From a virus (Duplodnaviria; Caudoviricetes), in IMG/VR virus record IMGVR_UViG_3300042465_000911, positions 1 to 60,984 of that record: DNA of 60,984 bases. One strand, written 5' to 3'. The notes under the pieces were generated by a model that saw only the letters and a list, made by a program, of their open reading frames with translations, was not told the origin of the DNA and did not search any database. Shown piece by piece: positions 1 to 8,510 of this stretch (position 1 is its first letter; every line of letters begins with the position of its first letter). Made by a program: the position numbers and the translations under genes.

Positions 1-141
1 ACCACCACCACCACCACCACCACCACCACCACCACCACCACCACCACCACCACCACCTACACCCAGTCCACCTATCCCACTTGTTGCATTTCCAACAGCG
101 GCAGAAGCAGCAGCATTTGCAGCGGCAGCGGCAGCACCGGG
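1..141. repeat. Terminal direct repeat / assembly overlap; contains (ACC)19
   Basis: 16-141 is identical to 60859-60984. The ACC tract has at least 19 units here and 14 at the right end. Confidence 0.9.
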
Positions 142-1539
142 ACTTACACCACTTGCAGCCGCACCAGCCGCGCCTGTACCCATGCCGCCGATACCGGAAC
201 TTGTTCCACTTCCGGAAGAAACGCCGCCAAGAGCAGTGGGTGATAGGGTGGTTTGCGGAGCCACAGGAGATGTTATGGCAACAGGAGCAGGTGGCCCCAT
301 TTCTCCCATAGTTGTCATATTAGGAGCCGGTAAGGTAGTTTGCGGAGCCACAGGAGAGGTAACTGCAACTGATTCCGCTGCTGCGGCAGGAGACAAAGTA
401 TCCATATTCACAACAGGAGCAGGCAAGGCGTCGGGGTTTTTAGGTTTTAAAGCAGGCAGCATCTCTTGTGCTATTTTCACAATCGTAGGCGTCATCAATT
501 GGCTTATATTTTGCAACTGCGCATCATGATCTGCTTTTTGCTGAGGAGTCATGTTGTCAAAAAACGCATTTGTCTGGGCTTGATTTGGGTTTACTCCGCC
601 GCCCCCTGTAATAAGTGTAGGGATACCACCAGTATCTGTTAAAGGTTTAATAGTTGGAACAACCGGCTTTATAGCGGGGGTCATATCCATACGCGCTGGA
701 ACCCACCGGCTTGTGCCTGTTGCCGTATCAAACTCGTAGTGGCCTTCAAAAGTAGGCGCTTTAGTTATTGTCTCAACTTGCGGGGTCGAACTCTTACCCA
801 TCAAAAAATCGTAGGCACCTTGAGAGGTCATGCCGCCACCAGCAAGAGCAACAATACCGCCATTTGCCGCCTTGTAGGGCGTACCCCTCTCCCATTCGGT
901 ATCAAACCATCTTTGCTCCCGCGAGCCAACTTCCTGTTCTGGTTTGCGCACGGTTCGACGCATCGCATACGGGCGGATGTAACTTGGGCCTGAAAGAGAA
1001 CCCGCATCTGGCAAAGGTGTTTTTGTTGGCACCATCTGATCGGCCAATATAGGGCCTGCTGCCATAAGAGCTTTGCCGTAGTTGTCTTTGGTAAATTGCA
1101 AAGCCGCTTCGGGAGAACTTGCAACAGAGCCAAACCCCGCACTGATTTTGTCTAACGCAGATGCGTTAGCAACAGATGGGTACTGAAGAGCTTGATTACC
1201 AAACCCAGCGGTCTGTCCACCGATTGCGCCCTCATGAACGGCATTTGCCGCTATATCTGAGGTTCCGGCACTCATCAAAGAGCCAGATAAGCCAGCGCCG
1301 CCATAGGCACTCAAGCCGGTCATCAAACCTTTTTGCAAACTTCCAGTAGCCAAAGCAGAAATACCGCCAGCCGCCATTGCAGCTTGCAAAGAAGTCAAAC
1401 CATACCCAGCAGGGCCAAGCGCTAAACCTGCCACCAAACCAAAAGCGGGATCGGACACGACGTTTTTAACCGCGCTGCCGGGATCTTTTAGTGCGTTTGT
1501 GTAGGTTTCGGGAGTAAGCGCCCGTTCAAATATGTTCAT
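1..1539 (-). CDS. N-terminal part of a Gly/Ala-rich virion internal/ejection-type protein that crosses the contig junction (continues at 60418-60984)
   Basis: Absent from the ORF track because it has no stop in the window. Read by hand: ATG at 1539 (MNIFERALTPE...) with GAGG upstream, no in-frame stop down to base 1, ends in poly-Gly in the same frame as 60418..60843. Confidence 0.85.
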   Translation of the reverse strand, partial: MNIFERALTPETYTNALKDPGSAVKNVVSDPAFGLVAGLALGPAGYGLTSLQAAMAAGGISALATGSLQKGLMTGLSAYGGAGLSGSLMSAGTSDIAANAVHEGAIGGQTAGFGNQALQYPSVANASALDKISAGFGSVASSPEAALQFTKDNYGKALMAAGPILADQMVPTKTPLPDAGSLSGPSYIRPYAMRRTVRKPEQEVGSREQRWFDTEWERGTPYKAANGGIVALAGGGMTSQGAYDFLMGKSSTPQVETITKAPTFEGHYEFDTATGTSRWVPARMDMTPAIKPVVPTIKPLTDTGGIPTLITGGGGVNPNQAQTNAFFDNMTPQQKADHDAQLQNISQLMTPTIVKIAQEMLPALKPKNPDALPAPVVNMDTLSPAAAAESVAVTSPVAPQTTLPAPNMTTMGEMGPPAPVAITSPVAPQTTLSPTALGGVSSGSGTSSGIGGMGTGAAGAAASGVSPGAAAAAANAAASAAVGNATSGIGGLGVGGGGGGGGGGGGGGGGGGG

Positions 1540-1579
1540 ATTTGCCTCTGAAATATGGGTTTATTGGATGGTATCATGT

Positions 1580-1930
1580 TTAGCCAATTTTCCAATTGGT
1601 TCCGTCGGAGTAAACAGGCACTTGGTTAGCCCCGCCCCCTGCTACGGTGGATGCAAATGTTGTTGCGGTAGCGTCTGAAACAAATGCCCTAGCGCCCATT
1701 CCGGAGGTTGCCGCGTTGGGCAATGTTGCAACGGTGTAAACAGTCAAAGCGGGAATAACCCCACTGGCCGTACTAAGCTGCCCAATAATGTTGTCAAGCT
1801 GGTTGAAGTACAACCGCAAGACGTTGTTTAACTGGTTAATATAGTTTTCGTCGTATTGCGCACTAGCCGCAGGGAGCCGAGGCGCAACAACTCTATTGAG
1901 TTCATATTCGGATGTAACAACGTAGCTCAT
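1580..1930 (-). CDS. Small virion-associated protein downstream of the stabilisation protein
   Basis: LP-A-YD-NQL-LRLYFNQLD N-terminus and YTVATLP...VPVYSDGTNW fibre-type C-terminus; overlaps the upstream stop. Confidence 0.7.
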   Translation of the reverse strand: MSYVVTSEYELNRVVAPRLPAASAQYDENYINQLNNVLRLYFNQLDNIIGQLSTASGVIPALTVYTVATLPNAATSGMGARAFVSDATATTFASTVAGGGANQVPVYSDGTNWKIG

Positions 1931-3999
1931 CGTCTGCCGTCCGGTCTTATGTCAATACGAGGAGCACCAAGCTGCCACTGCACGCCCAAAGCATTTGATG
2001 TAATTTTCATCTGCATCTGACGACCCCGTATACGGATGTACAACTGCCCTGTGAACTCATCCACGTTTATGACGGAAGGCGCTGATCCGCTGTATGCCAC
2101 GGCTGCGTTGCCTGTTTGAGTAATACCAGAACCTGAGTTATTCAGCCCTTGCAAGTACATTGTCACGCTGGGTGTTGTACTGGCGGTAGATCCACGGAAG
2201 GTCATGTCGGGAATCATGCGATATACAAATGCAAAGTTGTGGCCATCCCCAATGTCAAACTGGGCGGATGTAATGGAAGCCTCAATAGGCAAGGTAGTGC
2301 CCGTCTCGTTGTCGTCAACGCCTTGCTCTTGATTGACAATGTTGTAGTTATATGTGGCAGCAAGCGGGTAATCGCGCAGCCCAGTATCTAACCAAGCTGT
2401 ACGCGCCAATGTGCCGTACATCCAAATATCTTCGGTGTAGTTGTAAACAACATATTTGTCGATTGAGCTTGAAGCAGACGAACAATAGAAGAACCAGACC
2501 TCATTGAACCCCTCATTGGTGCTGGCAAATATTTGGTCAAACTGAAGTTTGTTGATGTCGTTGTAGATGTACTGACGCAAGTCGCAACGCAGTGTTTGAA
2601 CACGCCCGTCATACTTATAGAACTTGTCCACACCCATCCAGTAGGTAACACCTGAAGCCATTGCTGCGGCATTGGGGCTAACTATGGATATGTTGTCGGC
2701 CAAAAGTTGCGTACCCCAGACATAGGGTGGGCCAAGGTACTGGAGAGAGTACAGAGCCTGATCTGTCCAAACCACAATCTCTTGGCGGCTTTGCAGAGTA
2801 GTGACAATCTTTGACCCGTGCGACAAACGCACACTACCCGCTTGGTTGGTGATTGCTGGAAACCATGTTGTCAACGACTCTTGGTCTGACCAACGAATAA
2901 GCAGTGGATCTAGTGTTGTGCTGCCGTAGTCGTTCGTACCAAACACAAGCAAGAAACGGCTTGCGTCCGATATGGTAAAAGTGTTTTGATAAAGCGGTGT
3001 ATAGCCATCAGCGCCAGATAACGACGACAACAAAATGCCCCGAGGGGAAATTGACTGCACTCCGCTTTGCGAGCCAGTAGTGGTTATTGCTGCGCCGCCG
3101 GATGTTGCAGCCAAATTAAATGTTGCCGCTGTTAAGTACTTGGTGTAATAAGTAACTCCGGGCAACAAGCCTGTCGGCAAAGCGCCTGTGGTTGCAAACG
3201 TAATTGGAGTCCCGTCCGGCAAATTTATTACCGCCGTTACTACACAAGGGGACGCAATAGTCATGGACACCACGGAATTTGACACACCAATAGCTGCGCT
3301 CCAGTAGTAAAGCGGGAAACCGCGAGGGCCATAAACTAAATCTTGACCCCAATTCAACTGGTTCCAAATACGCAAAGCGTCCGTGGATGTACTACCAAAA
3401 CCCCAAGTGCCCGAACCCCAAGTGCTTGCCCCCCAGCCCGTCAAAGGAGCGGTAGAGGCTGGGCCGGTGTTGATTTGATACACCGCATAAACAGTACCGC
3501 CGCCAGTAGCCGCAGTAGCAGCCGCAGCAATTGTTATGGTGTAGGAAGTTGAGTTTATATAGGTTATCTGATACTCGCCAGAAATAGTCTGTCCACCAAC
3601 AGCCGTTGCACCGTAGAAGGTAACGTAGTCATTGTCAATGAACCCGCCAGCAGCATCGGCAACGGTGACAGTTGTTGTTCCGTTTGTCGTAAACGGGTTT
3701 GTAAGTGTGGTGGTTGTTCTGATGGGTGTAACGTCGTTATAGACACCACCGCTCTCAATATAAAACTTAGAGCTTGTGCCAACACCAAGCAGGTTCAGGG
3801 AGCCAAGCGTCACCCAATTCCACAAAGAACGACAAACCCCCAAAAAGGTAGAAGTTGAGATGCGTTGCCAGCCGCCAATCTTTTCAGGTGTGCCTTGCCG
3901 GAACCGCACTTTGTCAGACTCGTACCAACCACCCTCGCTCGTATACCTCGTGTTCTCACGATTGACACCGGGCTTGAGGAGGATTTTTTGTAAGGGCAT
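1927..3999 (-). CDS. Phage stabilisation / tail nozzle protein (P22 gp10-like)
   Basis: 690 aa beta-rich; PGVNRENTRY, IRWSDQE, NQAGSVRL, NEVWFFY and terminal RIDIRPDGRR motifs typical of this family. Confidence 0.75.
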   Translation of the reverse strand: MPLQKILLKPGVNRENTRYTSEGGWYESDKVRFRQGTPEKIGGWQRISTSTFLGVCRSLWNWVTLGSLNLLGVGTSSKFYIESGGVYNDVTPIRTTTTLTNPFTTNGTTTVTVADAAGGFIDNDYVTFYGATAVGGQTISGEYQITYINSTSYTITIAAAATAATGGGTVYAVYQINTGPASTAPLTGWGASTWGSGTWGFGSTSTDALRIWNQLNWGQDLVYGPRGFPLYYWSAAIGVSNSVVSMTIASPCVVTAVINLPDGTPITFATTGALPTGLLPGVTYYTKYLTAATFNLAATSGGAAITTTGSQSGVQSISPRGILLSSLSGADGYTPLYQNTFTISDASRFLLVFGTNDYGSTTLDPLLIRWSDQESLTTWFPAITNQAGSVRLSHGSKIVTTLQSRQEIVVWTDQALYSLQYLGPPYVWGTQLLADNISIVSPNAAAMASGVTYWMGVDKFYKYDGRVQTLRCDLRQYIYNDINKLQFDQIFASTNEGFNEVWFFYCSSASSSIDKYVVYNYTEDIWMYGTLARTAWLDTGLRDYPLAATYNYNIVNQEQGVDDNETGTTLPIEASITSAQFDIGDGHNFAFVYRMIPDMTFRGSTASTTPSVTMYLQGLNNSGSGITQTGNAAVAYSGSAPSVINVDEFTGQLYIRIRGRQMQMKITSNALGVQWQLGAPRIDIRPDGRR

Positions 4000-4003
4000 G
4001 AAA

Positions 4004-4471
4004 TTAGGCTACTAAACCGGGAACATACTGAGTTTTACCAGCGACTTTCATTGCGGTCAACTCCTGCTTCTTCAGGTTGTTCGGGTCGTAAGACACATGC
4101 ACCCAGCCGCTGTCAGGGATGCCGGGGGTATAGAACTCAAGGATGAGTTGGGTGTATTCTAAGTTATCCATGATCCATTGGGCAAGCTCTGCGTTTGCCA
4201 CTCCGGGTATCTCAATATCGGCTGCTTGGCCCTTGCAATGGTCTGAGGTACGAGATCCTCCCACCGCTTGGTTACTTTCAGGACTGCGGAACCCAGAATT
4301 ACACTTGACACCCTTGCCAAAGTGGTCACGCACAGGCTGTAGAACCTTTTCACAGAGCAAGCGCAAGGCTTCAGTTTCTGCCTCACCGGGCGTGTTGTCA
4401 AAGCCCATACGCAAAGCGGTCTCTGATTTGGTCAATTCATGCAGGGAAAAGTTGGCGGTCAATTGGGTCAT
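4004..4471 (-). CDS. Endolysin, peptidase M15A family
   Basis: LTANFSLHEL, SGFRS, SDHCKGQAAD and WVHVSY zinc-peptidase motifs; adjacent to spanins. Confidence 0.85.
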   Translation of the reverse strand: MTQLTANFSLHELTKSETALRMGFDNTPGEAETEALRLLCEKVLQPVRDHFGKGVKCNSGFRSPESNQAVGGSRTSDHCKGQAADIEIPGVANAELAQWIMDNLEYTQLILEFYTPGIPDSGWVHVSYDPNNLKKQELTAMKVAGKTQYVPGLVA

Positions 4472-4935
4472 TTCATTTTCCTCAAGGTTTCGTATTGGTC
4501 GATGCAGGCGTTGAGCTTGCGGATGGCTTGGTCTCCGTCGGCTGTGATTGCGATAAGAGCTTCAGCAACCGATCGGTCAAGTTCGGTTCTTGTTTCTCGG
4601 CTATCTCCGGCGGTAGAGGCGGCATTACCGGCGCTTGGTACGGGGCAGGTGGTTTTGGTAGGAATGAACAGCTTGCGCTCGCCAGTGGCAATATCAGCAC
4701 GCAACTTAGTTTCTTTAGCTTTTGCAACATTATTGGCTTTCCTCAAAGTTTGAGCATAGACTTGAGCAACTTCGCCCATACGTTGTTCTGTTTCCCGCGC
4801 CTGCTGGTTTAAACGGGCAATCTCAATCTGTTGACGGGTGTTCTCATCTTGTTCGCCCTTGTAGTACCCGCCTCCAAAACTGCCAAGCAGGGCAAGGACA
4901 ATGCCTAGCAAGACGTAAGGATTGAACAAGCTCAT
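4468..4935 (-). CDS. Rz-like inner-membrane spanin
   Basis: N-terminal TM helix, coiled coil, C-terminal GDQAIRKLNACIDQY; contains a nested lipoprotein ORF. Confidence 0.85.
   Translation of the reverse strand: MSLFNPYVLLGIVLALLGSFGGGYYKGEQDENTRQQIEIARLNQQARETEQRMGEVAQVYAQTLRKANNVAKAKETKLRADIATGERKLFIPTKTTCPVPSAGNAASTAGDSRETRTELDRSVAEALIAITADGDQAIRKLNACIDQYETLRKMK
4482..4730 (-). CDS. Rz1-like outer-membrane spanin nested in Rz
   Basis: Alternative frame within Rz; basic N-terminus, hydrophobic stretch, lipobox-like ASASC, Pro-rich mature part. Confidence 0.7.
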   Translation of the reverse strand: MLQKLKKLSCVLILPLASASCSFLPKPPAPYQAPVMPPLPPEIAEKQEPNLTDRLLKLLSQSQPTETKPSASSTPASTNTKP

Positions 4936-5255
4936 GGCTTGGGGGGCTCATCGTTGTCGTTGGCTTCAGCTTTGGCTACCGCATTGGCTACCGCCTTGAT
5001 GCCTGAGCGTCCTGCTACGCCACCAAGTACACCGGTAATGAACACCATGATGGTCGAAATCTGCTGGGTGTAAATCTTGTCGATGGGAGCCATACCCGCC
5101 ATAGGCTGCGTGACGTAGGTCACCGAGTACAGGAACGCCACCATAGCGCCAAGCAAGATCGTCACCAGAATGACGATGACAAAGGCCCATACACGGACTT
5201 CAATCTCTTCTGCGCTCAGGCGATTACTTGGTTTGTATCCAACAGTAGCCATCAT
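4932..5255 (-). CDS. Two-TM membrane protein, holin candidate
   Basis: Two hydrophobic helices; located in the lysis cassette. Confidence 0.55.
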   Translation of the reverse strand: MMATVGYKPSNRLSAEEIEVRVWAFVIVILVTILLGAMVAFLYSVTYVTQPMAGMAPIDKIYTQQISTIMVFITGVLGGVAGRSGIKAVANAVAKAEANDNDEPPKP

Positions 5256-5446
5256 TTCTTCTCCTGTTCAGGTTTGATAAGTTGCTCTGGGCATGTGCCA
5301 GTAGCGGTACAGATTGGGGGCTTGCACTCGGCGTTATTCCAGTTTGTCGGATTTTGGCAAGGGTAGCGAAAACGGTCGTCGCACCCCACCAAGCACAGGG
5401 TTATCAGCAAAGGTATCAGGCTTTTTGTCACGTCGCTCCCTTTCAA
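5252..5446 (-). CDS. Small Cys-rich lipoprotein
   Basis: Lipobox LVGC followed by four more Cys; exact start uncertain. Confidence 0.7.
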   Translation of the reverse strand: MKGSDVTKSLIPLLITLCLVGCDDRFRYPCQNPTNWNNAECKPPICTATGTCPEQLIKPEQEKK

Positions 5447-5702
5447 TTTCTCGTCTTAACTTCTCAACCTTTTCCATCTGCACCTTGGCATCATGCTTGG
5501 CATCCAGCACATCCAAGTACAGCATCCCCAGCATAGGAAGAAGCAGAGCGACCAACACACATGCGGCAATCCATCCCACTATGTCTTCCCCCAGCGATTC
5601 ACGAACAGGAGCCACAGCCACAGGTAGAGGAGGAATAGGAAAGTCGCTACGAGATACGCTGACTTTGCTTGGAAGTTTCTTTTTTCCTCCGCCCGTTGCC
5701 AT
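5334..5702 (-). CDS. Single-TM coiled-coil membrane protein (start may be the GTG near 5579)
   Basis: WIAACVLVALLLPMLGMLY TM segment followed by a charged coiled coil. Confidence 0.55.
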   Translation of the reverse strand: MATGGGKKKLPSKVSVSRSDFPIPPLPVAVAPVRESLGEDIVGWIAACVLVALLLPMLGMLYLDVLDAKHDAKVQMEKVEKLRREIERERRDKKPDTFADNPVLGGVRRPFSLPLPKSDKLE

Positions 5703-6274
5703 ACCTTGTACCTCTCCTTCGCCTCTTCCTTCAGCCTAGCGCCTTCCTGTTCCTCCTTGATGATGTCCCGCATGTCAAACACTTTGGAATACATAGCCCC
5801 CATTTCGGGTGGAGACTGGTAGACCATAACCTCTCGGATCGTCTTTTCCAACTCTGCCATCTGATCCTGCGCCATGACACGTTTCAGGGCAGCTTCCATC
5901 AGGTTGGCATCGGGGTCGTAGACTGATCGGCTCTTTTCTTCCTCTTCCCTTATGTGTGCAGCTAACTGTTCTTGGAGCTTGAAGAACTCCGTGAGTCGGC
6001 TGACGACATCTGCCATGACTTTGGTTTCGTCAACGGCAACATACTTTTCCTTCTTTTTCGCCACAGGCTGGCTTTGGGCTGGCTTTGGCGCACCGCCAAA
6101 CATACTTGCCAGTTTGCCCCAAAAACCATATACCTCCTGTGCAACTCCAATAGCCTCGTCAACCGTTGCCTTGACCTCCATGAAAGATGTCTTAGCTTGC
6201 TTGTATAACTCACAACCTTCTTTGATTGCGGCGACACAAGCATTTGCAGCAAAGAGGATGGAGATTGGATCAAT
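5579..6274 (-). CDS. Coiled-coil protein with C-terminal TM anchor (extended to a probable ATT start)
   Basis: The frame of ORF 5579..6181 is open upstream to ATT at 6274 (IDPISILFAANAC...), with GGAG 5 nt upstream. Confidence 0.7.
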   Translation of the reverse strand: MDPISILFAANACVAAIKEGCELYKQAKTSFMEVKATVDEAIGVAQEVYGFWGKLASMFGGAPKPAQSQPVAKKKEKYVAVDETKVMADVVSRLTEFFKLQEQLAAHIREEEEKSRSVYDPDANLMEAALKRVMAQDQMAELEKTIREVMVYQSPPEMGAMYSKVFDMRDIIKEEQEGARLKEEAKERYKVWQRAEEKRNFQAKSAYLVATFLFLLYLWLWLLFVNRWGKT

Positions 6275-6276
6275 GA

Positions 6277-6444
6277 TTACTCCGCAGGCACTTCAGCTTT
6301 GGCTTCAGGCATTGGCACTTGGGGAATGGCTTGTTCCCGAATGGCTTGAATCATGTCTGCTACTTCAGCATAAGGACGTGTACCCAGATACTGCATAACA
6401 GCATTCACCAGACCCAAGGTCAGTTCAATTTTTTTGTCGTTCAT
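6277..6444 (-). CDS. Small hypothetical protein (55 aa, MNDKKIELTLGLVNAVMQYLGTRPYAEV...)
   Basis: Manual ORF with GGAG SD; fills the gap between tail and lysis genes. Confidence 0.7.
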   Translation of the reverse strand: MNDKKIELTLGLVNAVMQYLGTRPYAEVADMIQAIREQAIPQVPMPEAKAEVPAE

Positions 6445-6513
6445 AGTTTGCTCCAAAGCACCGCTGGGATGGGGCAGCGGTAGATACCCCTTAACCTTGT
6501 GGCATTGCCGCTT

Positions 6514-6843
6514 TTATTGCGGTTTTGGATATTTAGCTTTGACCGCCAAACAATCAGCTATGTACTTGTCAATCTGAGCCTGGTCACCCTTGACCACGCC
6601 GTCAAGGTAATCAGCCATCGGGGGATATTCTGCGGCACGTTTCTGGGCATAAGTTAATTCAACGACGGGCCTATCAACAAGAATTGGCAAACCGTTTTCG
6701 TCGGCTGAGATTTCCTTGCCCTGCTCTTGCCCCGCAATTAAAGCCGCATAGTTTTCGTCGGTGATTTCCAAAACGTCGTTTGGCATGTTGTCGCCGTGAA
6801 TTTCAACGCCGAAAAAACCACCAGTAGATTTTGAATAAAACAT
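6514..6843 (-). CDS. Tail fibre assembly protein
   Basis: FYSKSTGGFF...IHG..MP.D..EIT...GQ..GK.I..D..G.P pattern of tail-fibre assembly proteins. Confidence 0.7.
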   Translation of the reverse strand: MFYSKSTGGFFGVEIHGDNMPNDVLEITDENYAALIAGQEQGKEISADENGLPILVDRPVVELTYAQKRAAEYPPMADYLDGVVKGDQAQIDKYIADCLAVKAKYPKPQ

Positions 6844-6852
6844 ATTTTTTCC

Positions 6853-7329
6853 TTAGTTACCAATGGCTAACCAATGGGCAGTTGGCGACTGAGATGATCC
6901 AGACTGATTGTTAATAAACCATGCGACTGTTGTTGCTGTAGGAACTCCATAAGAACCCATGTAAAGATATGCGTTAGCCCCTCTTGACGGGTTGAAAATA
7001 ATATTGAAACACGCCGTTGGGAAGGCGTTGGGGAATGTAAGGGTGCCGTTTGCAAAGTTATTTCCAGCAACAGAACCTGTAGCAAAGTTCCCCCACTGAA
7101 TGTATAACCCGCTTGGCAACTTTTGATACCCGCTTGCCGCCTGAGAGTTTGTCCAGTCGGTTGTAAGAAGCTTCGCATAAGCTACGCTGGACGCAACCAA
7201 CTGAGAGCCGTTAACAGTTTTGTTGGTCAGTGTTTGAGTGTCGGTTGTACCAACGACTGCACCTGCTGGGTTACCTAAGCCGCCTGCTGGGAATGTGATC
7301 CCAGATGTTCCATCAATTGTGACTGCCAT
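6853..7329 (-). CDS. Tail fibre tip protein (gp53-like C-terminal domain)
   Basis: SGYQKLPSGLYIQWG...TFPNAFPTAC motif. Confidence 0.75.
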   Translation of the reverse strand: MAVTIDGTSGITFPAGGLGNPAGAVVGTTDTQTLTNKTVNGSQLVASSVAYAKLLTTDWTNSQAASGYQKLPSGLYIQWGNFATGSVAGNNFANGTLTFPNAFPTACFNIIFNPSRGANAYLYMGSYGVPTATTVAWFINNQSGSSQSPTAHWLAIGN

Positions 7330-7332
7330 GAT

Positions 7333-7914
7333 TTAGCCCTCGTAGATTATGTTGACTGTGCCAGCGTCAAAGGTGTCTGTGCCGTTGACTGTGGTGATGC
7401 GAACTCGGTCTAGTGCGCCGCCAAGAGCGATTGCGCCTCCACCATACAAATTTGCACCACTGGCAGTACCAAGAACGTGGCTACATACCCATGTATTACC
7501 TGTAATACTGGAAATAGTAATAATTCCATACCGCGTGGATGTAGCGCCGGAGTCATTTAAAATAAAACCAGCGGTTGAAGTTGTAACACCGGTTGTATTT
7601 GTGCCAAAAACACTGGCGCTACTTGAGGTATACCCCGTAGTGGTGACGGAACCTGCTCCAATTTGAACCAAAGGTAAAGAAGTCCCGCTAGTACTCACTC
7701 CGTTGAACATCACAGTGATTTTTTCAACCCACGCAGGGATGCCTGTGAAGTCAACGCTTGTACCTGATGCTGAAACAGCAGTCGCCCTTACGATCCTCTG
7801 CATCTGCGCCCTAGACGCATTGCTGTCAGTGCCAAAGAATTGACCATCGTATTCAATGTTGCCAGAGGCTGGTGTGCCAATCAGCGTGTTGGAAGTTAAT
7901 GCAAGTATCGACAT
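7333..7914 (-). CDS. Tail fibre-associated protein, paralogue of 7917..8501
   Basis: DFTGIPAWVEKIT...FDAGTVNIIYEG shared with the neighbour. Confidence 0.7.
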   Translation of the reverse strand: MSILALTSNTLIGTPASGNIEYDGQFFGTDSNASRAQMQRIVRATAVSASGTSVDFTGIPAWVEKITVMFNGVSTSGTSLPLVQIGAGSVTTTGYTSSSASVFGTNTTGVTTSTAGFILNDSGATSTRYGIITISSITGNTWVCSHVLGTASGANLYGGGAIALGGALDRVRITTVNGTDTFDAGTVNIIYEG

Positions 7915-7916
7915 GA

Positions 7917-8501
7917 TTAGCCCTCGTAGAAAATGTTAATAGAGCCAGCGTCAAAAAACTGCGTCCCATCAATGTAAAAACGAACCGCTGTTAATGCTGC
8001 CCCAAGTGCAATAGAGCCACCTGTAATAATAGTGCCTGCTGTATTTGATAATCCTGAAACTCCAGAACAAGCCCAAGTGTTACCTGTAACATTTGTTAGA
8101 ACAATATTTCCACCAATTAAATAAGCAGCAGTATGACTAGCAGATATTGCAAAACCTGAAGTTGCAAGTGATGTTACAACTGTTGAAGCGCCAAGAATAG
8201 AAACAGAAGATAAATACCCGCTTGTTGTATAAGTTGTTGACCCTGTACCCAACTGAATAATAGGTGTTCCTGTGCTGTTTGTAGATACACCAGACATATT
8301 TAACGTAATTCTTTTTACCCAAGATGGTATAGCAGTAAAGTCTGGTGCGGTCTGATTAGTTAGAGTAATTGAGGTACCCAACGTATTCATCGAATTTGTG
8401 GCAGTACCCGCTTGAAGCGTCAACGTATTAGTACCCGCAACAGCAGGCGCTGATATTGTTACTGCACCGCTGGTATCTCCTGATATAACGACTGATGACA
8501 T
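7917..8501 (-). CDS. Tail fibre-associated protein, paralogue of 7333..7914
   Basis: DFTAIPSWVKRIT...FDAGSINIFYEG. Confidence 0.7.
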   Translation of the reverse strand: MSSVVISGDTSGAVTISAPAVAGTNTLTLQAGTATNSMNTLGTSITLTNQTAPDFTAIPSWVKRITLNMSGVSTNSTGTPIIQLGTGSTTYTTSGYLSSVSILGASTVVTSLATSGFAISASHTAAYLIGGNIVLTNVTGNTWACSGVSGLSNTAGTIITGGSIALGAALTAVRFYIDGTQFFDAGSINIFYEG

Positions 8502-8510
8502 ATATTTCCT

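Noticed and set aside
81-1142. Plus-strand and alternate-frame ORFs at the left end, and similar antisense ORFs across the window
   Set aside because: They are shadows of long, coupled genes on the coding strand and lack SD sequences
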